Sequence record: DRR723986_5541 | Direction: 5' to 3' (one strand) | DNA length: 47,384 bases | Shown: positions 45,038-47,384 of the stretch, one piece after another | Layout of the letters: each line of letters begins with the position of its first letter | How positions within the stretch are numbered: the first letter of the stretch is position 1 | Notes under the pieces: generated by a model | Database searches by the model: none | What the model saw: only the letters and a program-made list of their open reading frames with translations | Told to the model about the DNA's origin: nothing | Translations under genes and position numbers: made by a program

Positions 45038-46165
45038 ATGAAAACTGCCCTGATTGTCATCTTTGTTGTATTACCGCTCATCGGACTGGCCGGCGGAACA
45101 ATCTACTATTTGTATTCCAAGGCCGAAGAAGTGCCATTGGTCTACCGCACTGTTGGTATCCAGCCGACGTCAATTGTTAAAAAAACAGTTGCAACCGGTT
45201 CAATTGTACCGCGTGAGGAAGTCGGCATCAAGTCTCAGGTTTCCGGTGTTGTGGAAGAACTTTTTGTTGAGCCGGGCCGCCCCGTTCGCAAAAACGATCT
45301 GATCGCACGCGTGCGTATCATTCCCAACCTGGTTGAGTTAAACAATGCTGAGGCGCGTGTACGTACCGCCAAAATTAACCTGACCAACTCAGAGCGTGAG
45401 GCCGAGCGTTTTAAGACGCTCTTTGACAAAGAGATTATCTCCGAGGAAGAATACCTGCAGGCGCGCGACCGTGCGACGCTTGCCGCCGAGGAAGTCGAGA
45501 CGGCCGAAACCAACCTGCAGCTGGTCAAGGAAGGTGCTTCCAAAAAGAGCGGAACGCAGCAAAACCTGATTTACTCCACGGTTTCCGGTACTGTGCTGGA
45601 AGTTCCGCTCAAAGAGGGCGAAACTGTTATCGAAGCCAATTCCTTTAATGAAGGCACTAACGTCGCCACAGTCGCCGATATGTCCGATCTGATTTTTAAA
45701 GGGCTGGTGGACGAATCCGAAGTTGGCAAAATTCGTGAAGGCATGGCCCTGGCCATCAAAGTTGGTGCTATTGAGAGCATCAGTTTTGAGGGAGTTCTGG
45801 AATATATTGCCCCCAAAGGTTTTGAGCAGGAAGGTGCAGTTCAGTTTGAAGTTGAAGCCAGTGTTAAACAGCGCGAAGACGTGGTGATTCGCGCCAATTA
45901 CAGCGCCAATGCCGACATCGTTTTGGACCGCCGGGACAGTGTTATGGCGCTACGCGAGGCCGCACTTCAGTTTGAACAGCGCGCGCCATACGTAGAGGTT
46001 TTGACGCAGGATTCACCCCAGCAATTTGAGCGCCGCGACGTGACGCTTGGCCTGAGCGACGGCATCAATGTAGAAATTGTAGACGGTCTGGACGAAGGCG
46101 ACAAGGTCAAGATTGGTCGTGGTATGCCTGCCGGAGCGGCACCTGGAGGTCCTGGCGGCGCATAG
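45038..46165 (+). CDS. Efflux periplasmic adaptor (MacA/HlyD-type membrane fusion protein)
   Basis: N-terminal TM; ATGSIVP..EVGIKSQVSG lipoyl half-motif; alpha-hairpin; VDESEVGKI; VTLGLSDGINVEI. Confidence 0.92.
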   Translation: MKTALIVIFVVLPLIGLAGGTIYYLYSKAEEVPLVYRTVGIQPTSIVKKTVATGSIVPREEVGIKSQVSGVVEELFVEPGRPVRKNDLIARVRIIPNLVELNNAEARVRTAKINLTNSEREAERFKTLFDKEIISEEEYLQARDRATLAAEEVETAETNLQLVKEGASKKSGTQQNLIYSTVSGTVLEVPLKEGETVIEANSFNEGTNVATVADMSDLIFKGLVDESEVGKIREGMALAIKVGAIESISFEGVLEYIAPKGFEQEGAVQFEVEASVKQREDVVIRANYSANADIVLDRRDSVMALREAALQFEQRAPYVEVLTQDSPQQFERRDVTLGLSDGINVEIVDGLDEGDKVKIGRGMPAGAAPGGPGGA

Positions 46166-46569
46166 TTGATGGCACGTACTTCGGCCGTATAGTTTGATTT
46201 ACTGACCGTTGGTACGTGGAATCGGGGCGTTCGTGTTTTTCTGTTTGAAGAAGTCTTTTTGTTAACACAAATTGTATGCGTCGAATTCTCCGGAAGGTTC
46301 GGCCTCGTCGCGCTGGAAGCTGGCCTGTTTGTGGTCAGTTAACCTGCAGCCAGGTTTTCGCCTTAGAGGCGGAGACGTGCCAAAAAAAAATCTGTGAAAA
46401 CCGGGGCGGGAGGCGTATGTCCTGGGGATAAAATTCCGGAAAAATTTGGTCTGGCGGCGGCGGGGGTGGGGCCCCCTCTTGGGGCACAAAAAATTCCCGC
46501 CTAGTCTTAAGTCTCGAGACTGTCTCACTTCGTAAATTTTAACAATCTCTGCGTCTTGAAATTTTTCGG

Positions 46570-46833
46570 ATTAGCGTTTTGAGTCAGTCGTTTGAGCGAA
46601 TTGAGTATTTCGCATCAGCGTTTTGAATTTGTCGTATCTACATTTCGAGATCATTTCATCAGCGTATTGAGTTTGTCGTTTGAGCGAATTGAGTTATTCG
46701 GATCAGCGAATTGAGTCCGTCGTTTGATCGAATTGAGTAATTGGGATCAGCGTTTTGAGCCTGTCGTTTGAGCGAATTGAGATATTCGGATCAGCGTTTT
46801 GAGTCCGTCGTTTCTACATTTTGAGTTTTGCGG
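46570..46833. repeat. Non-coding tandem array of six 44-bp units, each made of two related 22-bp halves
   Basis: AT(C/T)AGCG unit starts at 46570, 46614, 46658, 46702, 46746, 46790 (exact 44-bp period); consensus about ATCAGCGTTTTGAGTCCGTCGT-TTGAGCGAATTGAGTTATTCGG. Confidence 0.93.
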
Positions 46834-47384
46834 TTCTGCACCGGAGTACTTTAGGCATCTTCATCTGAACTTTTGCCGTCTCGAAGCCCTAAATTTGGTC
46901 GCTGCCGGATCCGAGACTTGACCGCCTCAAGAATTGAGAGTTTTTGCTCTCGCACCTGAATATTGGGAGTCTGCTCGTCAGCATTTCGGCCGTCCTATTG
47001 TCTGCTCTCTCATTCTCGAACTTCGTACTTTGTTGTTTTCAGGCTTGATTTTGCGCGCCTGCGCGGAATTAAAAAAATCGTGCACCTTTGGATGGTCGGC
47101 ATTGTTCTCGACGCGTTTTAGCGGACTCAACGTGCCGCCAGGCACTTAACATTATCAACTGACATATTGCGTATTTGCCTTTTGTTTGTCGGCTCCTGCC
47201 AGTATTTGAGAATGTTTGCTTCTGCCTCTGTTAAATTTTGCCGTTTGTTAACTGTCAGCTCTGTGTGGTCAATCGTTAAATTTGGTGTTTGTGTTTAAGT
47301 GATTGTGGTTGCATCTCTGATCGCTTTGAGCCCTGCATTTCGCTTTCTGCTCAATTTGGTCTCAGGCTTTTTGATTTTTTTGTT

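Noticed and set aside
46570-46833. CRISPR array
   Set aside because: Units are contiguous degenerate copies with no unique spacers, and no cas genes are in the window
46262-47384. Protein-coding genes in the terminal region
   Set aside because: Track ORFs (88 and 71 aa) lack motifs; all three minus-strand frames entering from the right edge stop within about 30 codons

Overview
Bacterial DNA of moderately high GC; every credible gene is on the + strand. About 36 kb (239-36257) is the 3' part, or most, of a hybrid PKS-NRPS biosynthetic gene cluster. It opens with a glycerate-derived extender cassette: NSL-type ACP, acyl-ACP dehydrogenase, an atypical KSIII/FabH-like enzyme and FkbH. The assembly line is a PKS (KS-inactive AT-ACP-C), NRPS1 (half-C-A-T-E-C-A-T-E) and NRPS2 (C-A-T-C-A-T-C-A-T-E-C-T-TE, whose last module has no A domain). 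Then come MbtH, type II thioesterase, a PvdE/SyrD-type cyclic-peptide ABC exporter, an SPFH protein, an Sfp-type PPTase, a 59-aa membrane protein missing from the ORF track, and a DUF697/YcjF-like protein. Predicted peptide core by manual Stachelhaus reading: (polyketide-extended acyl)-D-Ala-D-Val-like-Pro-like-X-D-Ser-(?). Downstream are a putative outer-membrane protein, an AsmA/DUF748-like protein, a sensorless orphan histidine kinase and a MacAB-type efflux operon. The window ends in 1.2 kb of non-coding DNA with a 6x44-bp (12x22-bp) tandem array. No rRNA, tRNA, CRISPR or transposase seen. All family calls are by motif recognition; no searches were run.
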